This document shows, piece by piece, positions 21,251 through 30,402 of a stretch of 64,000 nucleotides of DNA. A program made the translations under genes and the position numbers. A model generated the notes under the pieces. It saw only the letters and a list, made by a program, of their open reading frames with translations, was not told the origin of the DNA and ran no database searches. The stretch lies in the NCBI GenBank assembly GCA_963816395.1, contig CAWFKQ010000016.1, positions 672,001 through 736,000 on the forward strand, given 5' to 3'. The number at the start of each line of letters is the position of its first letter. Positions within the stretch are counted from its first letter, which is position 1. Source of the DNA: an uncultured delta proteobacterium. Lineage in GTDB: Bacteria > Desulfobacterota > Desulfuromonadia > Desulfuromonadales > JACZKF01.

Positions 21251-23356
21251 ATGACGCCGAAGGTTAAATACTGGATATTCCTTCTCGCTATCGCCCTGAT
21301 CGTCTTCGGGGTGGTTATCGGCAGCTTCGTCGCCTCCTGGTACAACCTCTCCGCCGTTGAGCGGGAGACGGTCGGCGGACTGGCGGCCAAGCTTTTTCCC
21401 TTCCCCTTTATCGGCGGGCTGGTGCTGCTCATGATCATCGGCACCCTGGTAAGCCTGCTGTTTCACTACTACATCATCCCCATCCTGCAGATCGGCGAGG
21501 AGACGAAGCTGATCTCGGTGGCCAATCCCGACTACCGCATCGCTCCGCGCGGGTCCAAGGAAATCATCCAGCTGGTGCATATCCTCAACGAGTCGGGGCG
21601 GGAGTTCAAACGGCTGCGCAGCCAGATCAACGACCAGGTCCGCAGTGCCCAGGCGCAGCTGACCACGGAGCGCAACCGGTTGGCGGCGCTGATGTCGGAG
21701 ATCCCGAGCGGGGTTCTGGTCTGCAACAGGGAAGGGCAGATCCTGTTGTACAACCGCCAGGCCACGAAGCTGCTGCAGCAGCCCGGGCGCCTGATCGGGC
21801 TGGGGAGATCGGTGTTCGGGGTGGTCGACCGCGAGCCGATCGTCCAGGCGCTGGCGTTCCTGCAACGATCCATCCGGGAGGGGAAGAGCGCACCGACCAT
21901 TCAATTCATGGTGCGCCCGCAGGCCGGCCGGAGTCTTCGCTGCGACCTCGCGCCGGTCTTCTCCGAGTCCCCGGCGGAGCGCACCCTGGCCGGCTTTGTC
22001 CTGATCGCCGAGGATCTGACCGCGCAGATCGAGGCGGATCTGCAGCGGGACCTGCGGTTCCAGCGGCTGACCGAAACGATGCTTGCCTCCGCCGAACGGA
22101 TTCGCCGGGCCGTTTCCACCCTCCGTGCCCGCTCCGACCTGCCGGTTTCCGCTGTTGAAGCCCAGTGCCTGGCGATCGATCGCGCCGCGCAGGCAATGGA
22201 GCAGGAGGGGCGGGCCGCCAGGGCGGATTTCGGCAGCTTTCAGCCTGCCCGGGCCCGGGCCGAGAATGTCCTCGGCGCCTATCTGCTGGAACTCCTCCGC
22301 AAAAATCTGGTCCGGCACCGGGGTCTGCCCGCGGCGACCCGGCCCGCCCCCGACCTGTGGCTGAAAGTCGACAGCCTCGCCCTCGTCGGCGGGCTGACGC
22401 AATTCGGCGATTGCCTGACGGAGGAAGGGGGCGGGAGTGTTTGTCTGGAAATATCCCTCCTCTCGGACGGCCAGGCGCGTCTGCAGATCACCTGGCCGGG
22501 GTGCATCCTGGACCGGGACCGGCTGCGGGAATGGCGGGACCGTCCCCTGGGCCGGGGTGCCGACGGGCGCCTGATCTCGTTTCTCCAACTGATCGAGAAG
22601 CACCTGGGTACTCTGACCATAACAGGGGAAAGTCTGCACCTGGACCTGCCGCTGGTCAGGCGCATCGGCCAATTGGAGGTTCCGGCACGGGCCGGCGAGC
22701 GGCCGATCTATTACGAGTTCGACCTGTTCAATCAGCCCGGCGGGGAGGAACTGGGCAAGGTCCCGCTGAGCAAGCTCACCTTCGTGGTGTTCGACACCGA
22801 AACGACCGGCATTCACCCCTCCGACGGGGACGAGATCATCCAGATCGGCGCGGTCCGCATCGTCAACGGCCGCATTCTCTACAATGAGACCCTCGACCAG
22901 CTGATCGATCCCCGGCGGTCTGTCCCGCCGGCCTCGGTCGAGATTCACGGCATCGCCCCGGAGCTGCTCAGCGGCCAGCCGACGATCCGGGAATTCCTGC
23001 CGCTGTTCCATCTTTTTGCCGAAGGCGCCGTGCTGGTGGCCCACAACGCCGCCTTCGACATGAAGTTCCTGCAGTTGAAAGAGGGGGACTGCGGGGTGCG
23101 TTTCGACCATCCGGTGCTCGATACGCTGCTCCTCTCCTCGGCGGTGCATCCCCATCAGGAGTACCATTCCCTGGAGGAGATCGCCCGACGGCTGCACATC
23201 CCCATCGTCGGCCGGCATACCGCCCTGGGGGACGCTCTGGTGACCGCCGAGGTGCTGGTCAAACTCCTGCCGCTGCTCGCCGCCCACGGCATCCATACCC
23301 TCGAGGACGCGATCCAGGCCTCGGCCGCCTCCCCCTTTGCCAAGCTGAGTTTCTGA
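21251..23356 (+). CDS. Membrane-anchored PAS-domain DEDDh 3'-5' exonuclease (Pol III epsilon-like)
   Basis: Two N-terminal TM helices, PAS (GVLVCNREGQILLYN), ExoI FDTETTG, ExoII AHNAAFD, ExoIII HTALGD. Confidence 0.85.
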   Translation: MTPKVKYWIFLLAIALIVFGVVIGSFVASWYNLSAVERETVGGLAAKLFPFPFIGGLVLLMIIGTLVSLLFHYYIIPILQIGEETKLISVANPDYRIAPRGSKEIIQLVHILNESGREFKRLRSQINDQVRSAQAQLTTERNRLAALMSEIPSGVLVCNREGQILLYNRQATKLLQQPGRLIGLGRSVFGVVDREPIVQALAFLQRSIREGKSAPTIQFMVRPQAGRSLRCDLAPVFSESPAERTLAGFVLIAEDLTAQIEADLQRDLRFQRLTETMLASAERIRRAVSTLRARSDLPVSAVEAQCLAIDRAAQAMEQEGRAARADFGSFQPARARAENVLGAYLLELLRKNLVRHRGLPAATRPAPDLWLKVDSLALVGGLTQFGDCLTEEGGGSVCLEISLLSDGQARLQITWPGCILDRDRLREWRDRPLGRGADGRLISFLQLIEKHLGTLTITGESLHLDLPLVRRIGQLEVPARAGERPIYYEFDLFNQPGGEELGKVPLSKLTFVVFDTETTGIHPSDGDEIIQIGAVRIVNGRILYNETLDQLIDPRRSVPPASVEIHGIAPELLSGQPTIREFLPLFHLFAEGAVLVAHNAAFDMKFLQLKEGDCGVRFDHPVLDTLLLSSAVHPHQEYHSLEEIARRLHIPIVGRHTALGDALVTAEVLVKLLPLLAAHGIHTLEDAIQASAASPFAKLSF

Positions 23357-23659
23357 GGTGCGGATCCGCATGGAGACGAACCACTCTAACGGAGAGTGGC
23401 TTTGCCAGGGCACGCCGGGGGGGCGGAAAATGATTGACATCCGCTCCTGAAAATCCGTTGAATGGAGGCCATCTCATCTGTAGGGGGAAGGGTGGAGCCA
23501 GTGCCGAGAGAAAATCAGCCGCCGCAGACGGGAAGCCGGACGGCTGGCTGTTGGTGTTTCAGGGGATCCAGCCATGGGGATTGAAGAGAGATTTGAAGGC
23601 GTCGGAGGTTTGCTGCAGTTGCCAGGAGAAGGCTTCAGTAGTATGCTCCGGCGAAGGCG

Positions 23660-23953
23660 CGGCGGTGCGGCGTCTGGTGACGCCCCAAGGGGCGGAGAAG
23701 ACGATCCGCCTAAAAGTCCCGCCCTTCACCCCGCACGATCTGCGCCGCACCTGCGCCATCGCAGCTGGCGAGGCGCTCATGGTATGGCAACGAGCAGATC
23801 GGCAGGCTTCTGAATCATGTCGACGGTCGGGTGACGGCGGTCTACAACCGCCACCGAAATGATGAGCTGATCAGGGAAATACTTACTGCCTGGGAGGGGC
23901 GGCTGCAGGAGATCTTGGCAGGTCGGAAACCCAAGATTAATTCAGATGAGTGA
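23660..23953 (+). pseudogene. Tyrosine recombinase/integrase C-terminal remnant
   Basis: PFTPHDLRRT, then in a shifted frame IGRLLNHVDGRVTAVYNRH...EILTAWEGRL*. Confidence 0.7.
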
Positions 23954-24345
23954 GCGAATGAAGATGACCTGGCCGGAAATTATCCCAAATATTTTCCAGG
24001 GCATAGCTGATCATCATAGCTGCGATCTCTTTCACGTTCTGCGTAAATCTTGGCGTCGTGAGTTCGTCGGAAAGCGCCGAATCGAACTTGCTGAAGAGGT
24101 TTTGGCTTTGTTCAATGAGGCTAAAGACATTATCTCTTATATTAGGGAGCCCTTTCTCCAAGATTAATGAAGGAAAAACGAGAACTGCACCAGAAGGGGA
24201 GTCGCCCGAAGAATAAAAGATAAACGACAGGGCGTATGTCGACTCCAACGCTAACAACATCAAGAGCTTTTTAACCGGATCGCACGGAATACGTTTTAGA
24301 TTCATGGCGCAGTTCGGAAGCGGAGCAGGTCAGCCTTTTAAAGGT
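23946..24345 (+). pseudogene. Degraded hypothetical gene
   Basis: Protein-like text WRREFVGKRRIELAEEVLALFNEAKDIISYIREPF broken by stops and shifts; more AT-rich than flanks. Confidence 0.4.
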
Positions 24346-24349
24346 CTGA

Positions 24350-24642
24350 GAAAAACCGCAGTGATATCATTCTCTTTCTGCACGCACAAGGAAGAACTGG
24401 CACAGCGCTTCGGGGTAGCGAGCATCGGCCTCTTCGGTAGTTACGCGCGGGGAGAAGAGCGAGAGGATTCCGATATCGATATTGCCATCGAACTCCTCCC
24501 GGAGCACAAGTCGTTAAGCAGCTTTTTTGGTCTGCGTCGTTACCTGGAGCAACAGTTCGGCAAACCGGTCGATCTGGGGATCGAGAGCGCGTTGAAGCCG
24601 CTGGCTAAAGAGATGGTCTCCAGGGAGATCATTCATGTCTGA
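24350..24642 (+). CDS. MNT nucleotidyltransferase antitoxin; 5' end uncertain or frameshifted
   Basis: GLFGSYARGEEREDSDID (GSX10DXD); overlaps the HEPN gene. Confidence 0.8.
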
Positions 24643-24979
24643 ACGTTCTGATCGCCTCTATTGCCACGATATCCTCGAGTCAGGCGCGGCGATCCGCAGC
24701 TATGTCGAGGGTATCGACTTCGCGACCTTTGTGCGGGAGCGCATGCGCTATTCGGCGGTGATTCGCGAGTTCGAAATTGTCGGCGAGGCGGTGGGGAAGC
24801 TTTCAGCAGATTTGAAGCAGCCTTATCCCGATATCCATTGGCAGGACATCAAGGATTTCCGCAATCTGCTGGCGCACGAGTATTTCGGGGTCGATCTGGA
24901 GATTGTCTGGAACACGATCCAGAACGATTTGCCGGTATTGTTGAAGGCGGTGCAGAAGATAGAAAATGAAATGAAGTAA
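24635..24979 (+). CDS. HEPN/DUF86 ribonuclease toxin
   Basis: EIVGEA and FRNLLAHEYFGVD (RX4HXY). Confidence 0.9.
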   Translation: MSERSDRLYCHDILESGAAIRSYVEGIDFATFVRERMRYSAVIREFEIVGEAVGKLSADLKQPYPDIHWQDIKDFRNLLAHEYFGVDLEIVWNTIQNDLPVLLKAVQKIENEMK

Positions 24980-25072
24980 TCTGTCCCTGAACTCCGGCGC
25001 GTCGAATTTCTTAGCCGCGGAACGAGCGAAAATGGGCGTTCCCCTTCTCGGGGAGTGAACAGGAGGTTGCAC

Positions 25073-25366
25073 ATGTTCAATATTGTTGTCGTGCTGACGG
25101 TAAAGAACGAAAATGACATCGACTTTATTGCCGGTTGCCTTAAAAAATGCTCCGAGATCACTCTTCGGGAAGAGCCGGGCTGCCGAAAATTCGAGGTCTA
25201 CCATTCCGAAGCCAGTTCCAGCCTGTTTATCCTGTGTGAGGAGTGGGAGCGGAAGGAAGATTGGGAAGAACACCGGCAGAAGCGGGCCTTTCAGGAGATC
25301 TATCTGCCAAAGGTGCTGCCGTTGGTAGAGAGGGTCCCGCATATTTCAAAACGCATCGACGGATAG
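25073..25366 (+). CDS. ABM-family (putative quinol) monooxygenase
   Basis: SD AGGAGG; TLREEPGC..F, EEWE...EEH pattern. Confidence 0.8.
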   Translation: MFNIVVVLTVKNENDIDFIAGCLKKCSEITLREEPGCRKFEVYHSEASSSLFILCEEWERKEDWEEHRQKRAFQEIYLPKVLPLVERVPHISKRIDG

Positions 25367-25420
25367 CTTTCGCCCCGAGGCTCCTCGCGTTTCACCCAAC
25401 AGGAGGATATACTTTTCATC

Positions 25421-26461
25421 ATGTCCCGCCCTAATGATACCTGCCGCCAACTGGTTCTCCCCCTCGGGAAAGATGAGGCCCTGCGCCGTCGCTTCATGGT
25501 GGTCGATGCGCCACTGCAGGGAAACTTCCGCTTCGGCCGTCTGCTCGAAGTGCTCGACAAGCTCGCCGAAGAGACGGCCCTGGACTATGTGCGCCGGGTC
25601 GACCCCGAAGCGCGGGTGGTCACGGCGGCCATCGACAACATCATGATCCACAATGCCGCGGACGTGACGCGGGACCTGACGTTTCGCGCCCGGATCAACT
25701 ACGTGGGGCGCAGTTCCCTGGAGGTCGGGATCCGGGTCGAGCACGCGGGGGCATCCCCTCTCCATATCGCCTCCTGTTATTTCACCATGGTCGCTCGCTC
25801 GGCGGAGGGGGCGACCAGTCTCGCTCTGCCCCCTCTCGAGTATCTGGACGAACTGGAGATCAGCCGGGCGCGGAAGGCGGTGGCGGCCCGTGAGGCCTAC
25901 CGGCAGCAGCAGGCCGCTTCCATGGAGCCGCCGAGCCGCGAGGAGCACGCGCTTCTCCTCGGGCTGCACCTGGCACAGGAAAAGCCGGACTTCAGGGGGC
26001 TGATTGTCGGCAGGCTGATGACCGAATCGTGGGAACGGATGTTCCCCGAGCAGGAAAACGTTCCCAAGACCATTTTCGGCGGCTACCTGGTCCGCCGCGC
26101 CTATGAAGTATCTTCCATCTGCGCCGAGCAGGTCGCTCCCGACCGGCCGGTCATCGTCGCCGTCAACCGGATCAATTTCTTTCACCCGGTTCGGCTCGAC
26201 GACAAGCTCCGCTTCACCGCCCGGGTCGTCTTCACCGGCGAAACCTCTGTCTGCGTCGAGGCGGGCATCGAACGGATCAGCCGCGATCGCAAGAGCAAGG
26301 CCCTGACCAACTCCTGCCTATTCACCTTCACCAATGTGGACCCCGACCTGCGACCCTGCCCCGTCCCCCCAGTTTTCCCCACCACCTATGCCGAAGATGC
26401 GCGCTACCTGACCGCCTACCGGCAGCGCCAGGATTATCTGCGACAAAAAGAGGGAAGGTAA
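25421..26461 (+). CDS. Acyl-CoA thioesterase, tandem hotdog
   Basis: FGRLLEVLDKLAE, VTAAID, NYVGRSSLEV, IFGGYL. Confidence 0.88.
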   Translation: MSRPNDTCRQLVLPLGKDEALRRRFMVVDAPLQGNFRFGRLLEVLDKLAEETALDYVRRVDPEARVVTAAIDNIMIHNAADVTRDLTFRARINYVGRSSLEVGIRVEHAGASPLHIASCYFTMVARSAEGATSLALPPLEYLDELEISRARKAVAAREAYRQQQAASMEPPSREEHALLLGLHLAQEKPDFRGLIVGRLMTESWERMFPEQENVPKTIFGGYLVRRAYEVSSICAEQVAPDRPVIVAVNRINFFHPVRLDDKLRFTARVVFTGETSVCVEAGIERISRDRKSKALTNSCLFTFTNVDPDLRPCPVPPVFPTTYAEDARYLTAYRQRQDYLRQKEGR

Positions 26462-26529
26462 GCCGGGTGATCCGGCCAACTCTGGAAATTCGGCAGGATT
26501 GACCGTTTTTCTCATTCACCCGTAGATTC

Positions 26530-26564
26530 AAAACCCCCGTTGCTGCATGCAGTTCGGGGGTTTT
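26530..26564. terminator. Rho-independent terminator
   Basis: aaaacccccg...cgggggtttt. Confidence 0.7.
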
Positions 26565-26669
26565 GGTTTCCGGCGGGTGGCGCAGCCGATAAATGGGGAG
26601 GTGCCTATCTTTCTTTAAAATTGGGGTAAAATTCCATTATCAGGCGCCCATCAAGGAAGGAGGTCCGTG

Positions 26670-27107
26670 ATGAAAATCCTGGTACTCAATGGTCCCAACC
26701 TGAACCTGCTCGGCCTCTCGGGAGACAGAAGCTACGGTACCCGGACTCTCCGGGAAATCAATGACGAGATGCAGGAGGTCGCGGCCGCCGCGGGGGCGGA
26801 CATCGAATTTATCCAGAGCAATCACGAGGGAGTCCTGATCGACCAGGTTCATTCCGCCATTCTGGACAGGTCATATGACGCGATCATCTTCAATCCGGGG
26901 CCTCTGCGTCATTCGAGTCTGGGATTGGCAGACGCCATCCGGGCTTTTCACGGGCCGGTTTACGAAGTCCATGTCCAGAGGCAGGGAGAGAGCGAGTTCC
27001 GGCATCCGACCATCATGGAGTCGGACCGTCAGTTCTGCGGCACTGCCGAAAAAATTTACCTGGAAGCGTTGAATGCCATTTTGCGAAGCGGGGAAGGGCG
27101 GGAATAG
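26670..27107 (+). CDS. aroQ: Type II 3-dehydroquinate dehydratase-like protein (divergent)
   Basis: ILVLNGPNLNLLG, QSNHEG.LID, NPG, EVH; several active-site residues altered. Confidence 0.75.
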   Translation: MKILVLNGPNLNLLGLSGDRSYGTRTLREINDEMQEVAAAAGADIEFIQSNHEGVLIDQVHSAILDRSYDAIIFNPGPLRHSSLGLADAIRAFHGPVYEVHVQRQGESEFRHPTIMESDRQFCGTAEKIYLEALNAILRSGEGRE

Positions 27108-27219
27108 AGGGGAGGCGGAAGAGGAGCCGCCTGCCGGTGGAAAGATTCACGCAAAAAAACAGGCGCTATGCCGACAGCGCCCCGTCGGGGACTGCGGCCT
27201 TGGAATCGGAGCGAGGACG

Positions 27220-28299
27220 TTACCAGGAGGTCTCCCGCTCCCGTTCTCTGCCCGATTTCACCACCTTGCCAATCATCCAGCCGATACAGACCAGCCCCAG
27301 GAGTAAAGAGAGGAAGAACAGGACCATGGGGGAATATTGGGGCACCACCGTCAGTGCGTCGACGGAAAAATAGGGGTTCTGAAACCCGGTTCGGACATAG
27401 GCGCGCAGAAAGCTCATCAGCACCACCAGGGCGCCTGCCGCGCCGGCGGCGGCATAGACCCTTCTCCTGAATCCGGCCGCCAGTGCCAGCAGAACCAGCA
27501 GCAGGGCCGCGATGAAAAGGGCGGTGGCCAGAGTGTCGCCCCCCATGAACAGCAGCATGATATTCCGCGGCAGGGAGACCAGGAACCAGGAACCGACCAG
27601 AACCTGCGAAAGGGTCAGCCAGGCAAAGGTGTTCATTCCCAATCGAATCGCCACCGCTCCGAGTTCGGCATCCCGGCGCTCCCTGATTTTCCCGAAAACC
27701 GCCACGATCAATCCGCCGACCGCCAGGGCGCCGGTGATGAAATGGAGATAACGGGGGATCAGGGAAGGATCGGCAAGGTTGAGGATCGTCCCGTGATCAT
27801 TCTGGAAGTAGGCCGTCCATTTCAACGGGTCGAGCATCAGGGTCATGTTGTTGGTGAAGATAAAGGCGATAGAGAAGAAAATCAGCAGGGCGACAGCCAG
27901 CAGCAGGCTGCCGGTGCGCCCTGCCTTGTTGAAAGAGAAGTCATAGAGGTAGAGCGCGTAATACGCCAGGATAAGCAGGGGAATCACCGCCAGCCAGAAC
28001 ACCGCCATCAGAATAGAACTCACGTAGAGAAAGTGACCGTAGAGCACCTGGTTGAACAGCAGCGGCGCCACCCCGAAATTGACGGTGAAGGCGACCAGGA
28101 AGGGGAGGATCTTGGCCAGTTCGTGCGCCAGGCGTCGGGACGGTTCATCGGGGCGGAGGCGGGCGTAGAGGGCGATCGCCGCCGAGCCGACCATGGCGTT
28201 CATGCACAGCAGGTGCAGCGGCAGGGTGAGCAGCAGCAGGAACTGGAACCAGCCCCAGGCCACCGGCAGGATATCGGGTGTCGGCACCAGTGGATTCAT
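27220..28299 (-). CDS. Polytopic membrane protein, CydA-like partner subunit
   Basis: About 9 TM; PLHLL, NFGVAPLLF, PRYLHF; ATGA-coupled to the upstream cytochrome. Confidence 0.75.
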   Translation of the reverse strand: MNPLVPTPDILPVAWGWFQFLLLLTLPLHLLCMNAMVGSAAIALYARLRPDEPSRRLAHELAKILPFLVAFTVNFGVAPLLFNQVLYGHFLYVSSILMAVFWLAVIPLLILAYYALYLYDFSFNKAGRTGSLLLAVALLIFFSIAFIFTNNMTLMLDPLKWTAYFQNDHGTILNLADPSLIPRYLHFITGALAVGGLIVAVFGKIRERRDAELGAVAIRLGMNTFAWLTLSQVLVGSWFLVSLPRNIMLLFMGGDTLATALFIAALLLVLLALAAGFRRRVYAAAGAAGALVVLMSFLRAYVRTGFQNPYFSVDALTVVPQYSPMVLFFLSLLLGLVCIGWMIGKVVKSGRERERETSW

Positions 28300-30074
28300 T
28301 GGGCACCTCCCTGGGACTCTTTGACCAGGAACCGGGCCAGAGCGTCTTTCTCCTCGGCGGAGGCCTGGAGCGGCGGCATGGCCGGCTGCAGCTTGTTCAG
28401 CATGTCCAGCGCCTGGCGGACGCGCTCGTGCTCCCATCCGGCGATCTTGGGAAGCAGGGGGTTGCTGCCGCCCCGGAGGGTGTGGCACATGGAGCAGTTG
28501 TTTTCAAAGACCGTCTCTCCGGGGTCATGCTCCCGGCCCGCCGCCACGGCACCCGGTGTGTGCAGGGCCAGGAGATAGTCGGCCAGCTCCTCTTTCTGGG
28601 GGTCGGTACCCCTGAAGTCGGGCATCGCCGGGTTGAGGGCGCTGAGGTTGTCGATCGCCCGCCGGATGCGCTGCCGGTCCCACCCCGCGGTCCTGGCCTT
28701 GATCACCGCCGCTTCGTGGCAGAAGGCGCAGTTGTCGGCGAACACCCTGGCGCCGCCTTCGGCTTCGGCCGGCTGCGGGGGGGCGAGGGGCTTGCCCTGC
28801 AGCCCTGCGGTGATGTAGGTCGCCAAGGCCCGGCGTTCATCGGCGGTGCCGGCAAAGGGGGGCATGAAATAACGCCGCTCATGGAGGTTCTCCAGATACT
28901 TGAACAGGGCGGGCTGACTCATGGCGGCGGTACGCGCGATGATATCGTTGTTGAAGCCGGCGATGGTATGGCAGGCATAGCACTGGTTCTTGAACAGGTC
29001 CTGACCGATTTCCACCAGGCTCTCCTCATGGAATTCCCGCATGCGCACCCATCTGGCGGAGGCAAGGAATCCCTGGCGGTCCAGCTCCGCCACCTCGGCT
29101 GGGCGAATGCCGTTGGAATACATGACGCCGTGGATCACAAAGGGGCGACGGGCCGCCTCCCGTGTCCATTCGAAGGAACCGATGAAGAGAAAGCCGCAAG
29201 CGAGCACGACAAAGGCCAGCGCTTTGCTGTGGCGCGCCGGCTTGAGCAGGATCAGGACCAGGGTGGCCAGCAGGATGCCGGCCGTGGCGTAAAGACCGAT
29301 GTTCATGGCCCGAGCGATGGTGGGTGAGGCTCCCGCCGTCAGGCTCCGGACCGGCGCCGGCAGCACCGCAAGGTACCAGAAGCCGCACGGAATAGCGGCA
29401 AGCAGGGCGCCGAGCACCCACTTGCCCGAGAAGCGGGTCATCGTCCTTTTGAGCTCCCGGTCCTGCAGGAAGGCGGTGGTGACGAAGGCATAGATGCCGG
29501 CCAGCATCAGGGCGATGAAGGTGCGGAAGAAGAGGGAAGGCCAGAAGGTCGGGTTGAAGAACCCCGACCAGAAGTCGCCGTTTTCCAGCCAGCTGCCCGG
29601 GGTCAGCATGAAATCGAGGATGCCGTTGATCAGGAACAGGCTGAGCCAGGCGGCGATGAAATAGATCCAGCCGATGGTCTGGTGGGTCCTATCGTCCATC
29701 CGGCCGAAGGTGTAGAAATAGATGAACAGCGCGACGATTTCGACCAGGAAGAAGACCCATTCGGTCGCCCAGCCGAAAACGAAGGTGTGAATCAGCAGGG
29801 AGGTTGCGCCAGGCTGCACCAGGGAGATGATGAACCAGATCCCCACCCCGGTCAGGCCGCCGAACACCATGGTGACCAGCAGGAAGAACTTGGCGTGCCG
29901 GCGGGCAAACGCCAGGATGTCCGGATCACTCTCCCGAATTCCCTTGCGCTCGACCAGCACCAGGTACAGCCCACCGCCGACGGCGAAGTGGGAGATGAAG
30001 ACATGGACGATGGCGATCAGGGCAATGAGCGCCCCGCCACCCAGGCCGGGAAGATACCACACGGGATAGTTCAT
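28296..30074 (-). CDS. Cytochrome bd subunit I-like membrane protein fused to three c-type hemes
   Basis: HVFISHFAVGGG, WATEWVFF, WTREAARRPF (CydA-like); CYACH, CAFCH, CSMCH. Confidence 0.85.
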   Translation of the reverse strand: MNYPVWYLPGLGGGALIALIAIVHVFISHFAVGGGLYLVLVERKGIRESDPDILAFARRHAKFFLLVTMVFGGLTGVGIWFIISLVQPGATSLLIHTFVFGWATEWVFFLVEIVALFIYFYTFGRMDDRTHQTIGWIYFIAAWLSLFLINGILDFMLTPGSWLENGDFWSGFFNPTFWPSLFFRTFIALMLAGIYAFVTTAFLQDRELKRTMTRFSGKWVLGALLAAIPCGFWYLAVLPAPVRSLTAGASPTIARAMNIGLYATAGILLATLVLILLKPARHSKALAFVVLACGFLFIGSFEWTREAARRPFVIHGVMYSNGIRPAEVAELDRQGFLASARWVRMREFHEESLVEIGQDLFKNQCYACHTIAGFNNDIIARTAAMSQPALFKYLENLHERRYFMPPFAGTADERRALATYITAGLQGKPLAPPQPAEAEGGARVFADNCAFCHEAAVIKARTAGWDRQRIRRAIDNLSALNPAMPDFRGTDPQKEELADYLLALHTPGAVAAGREHDPGETVFENNCSMCHTLRGGSNPLLPKIAGWEHERVRQALDMLNKLQPAMPPLQASAEEKDALARFLVKESQGGAQ

Positions 30075-30402
30075 CGGTGACCCTCCTTGCCCAAGCCGAA
30101 CACCCCCGGCGTCATTTGCGGCCCGGATTCCCTCTGAAGATTAACTTTCCCACATCGATTCGTCAAGGGCTTGCCCCCGCCTTCTCGCCCAATGGGGAAG
30201 CCGGGTACTTTTTGTTTGACACCCTTGGCGTCTGGTTGTAAAGACGAAGGGTAGTAACCCGAGCTGAAAGGTCGGGAACAAGCGGGAGGGGGAGACGAAC
30301 CGGCGCGTCGCGAGCGCCATCGCGCCAGGCCATTCCTTCATTGCACCATTCAGCAGAGTGTCTTTTCAGTATTTTCTGTCACATCTAATCGGGGGGGGAA
30401 GG

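Noticed and set aside
17420..23440. Long antisense ORFs (783, 428, 756 aa) and similar ones elsewhere
   Set aside because: Shadow ORFs of GC-rich real genes with no motifs
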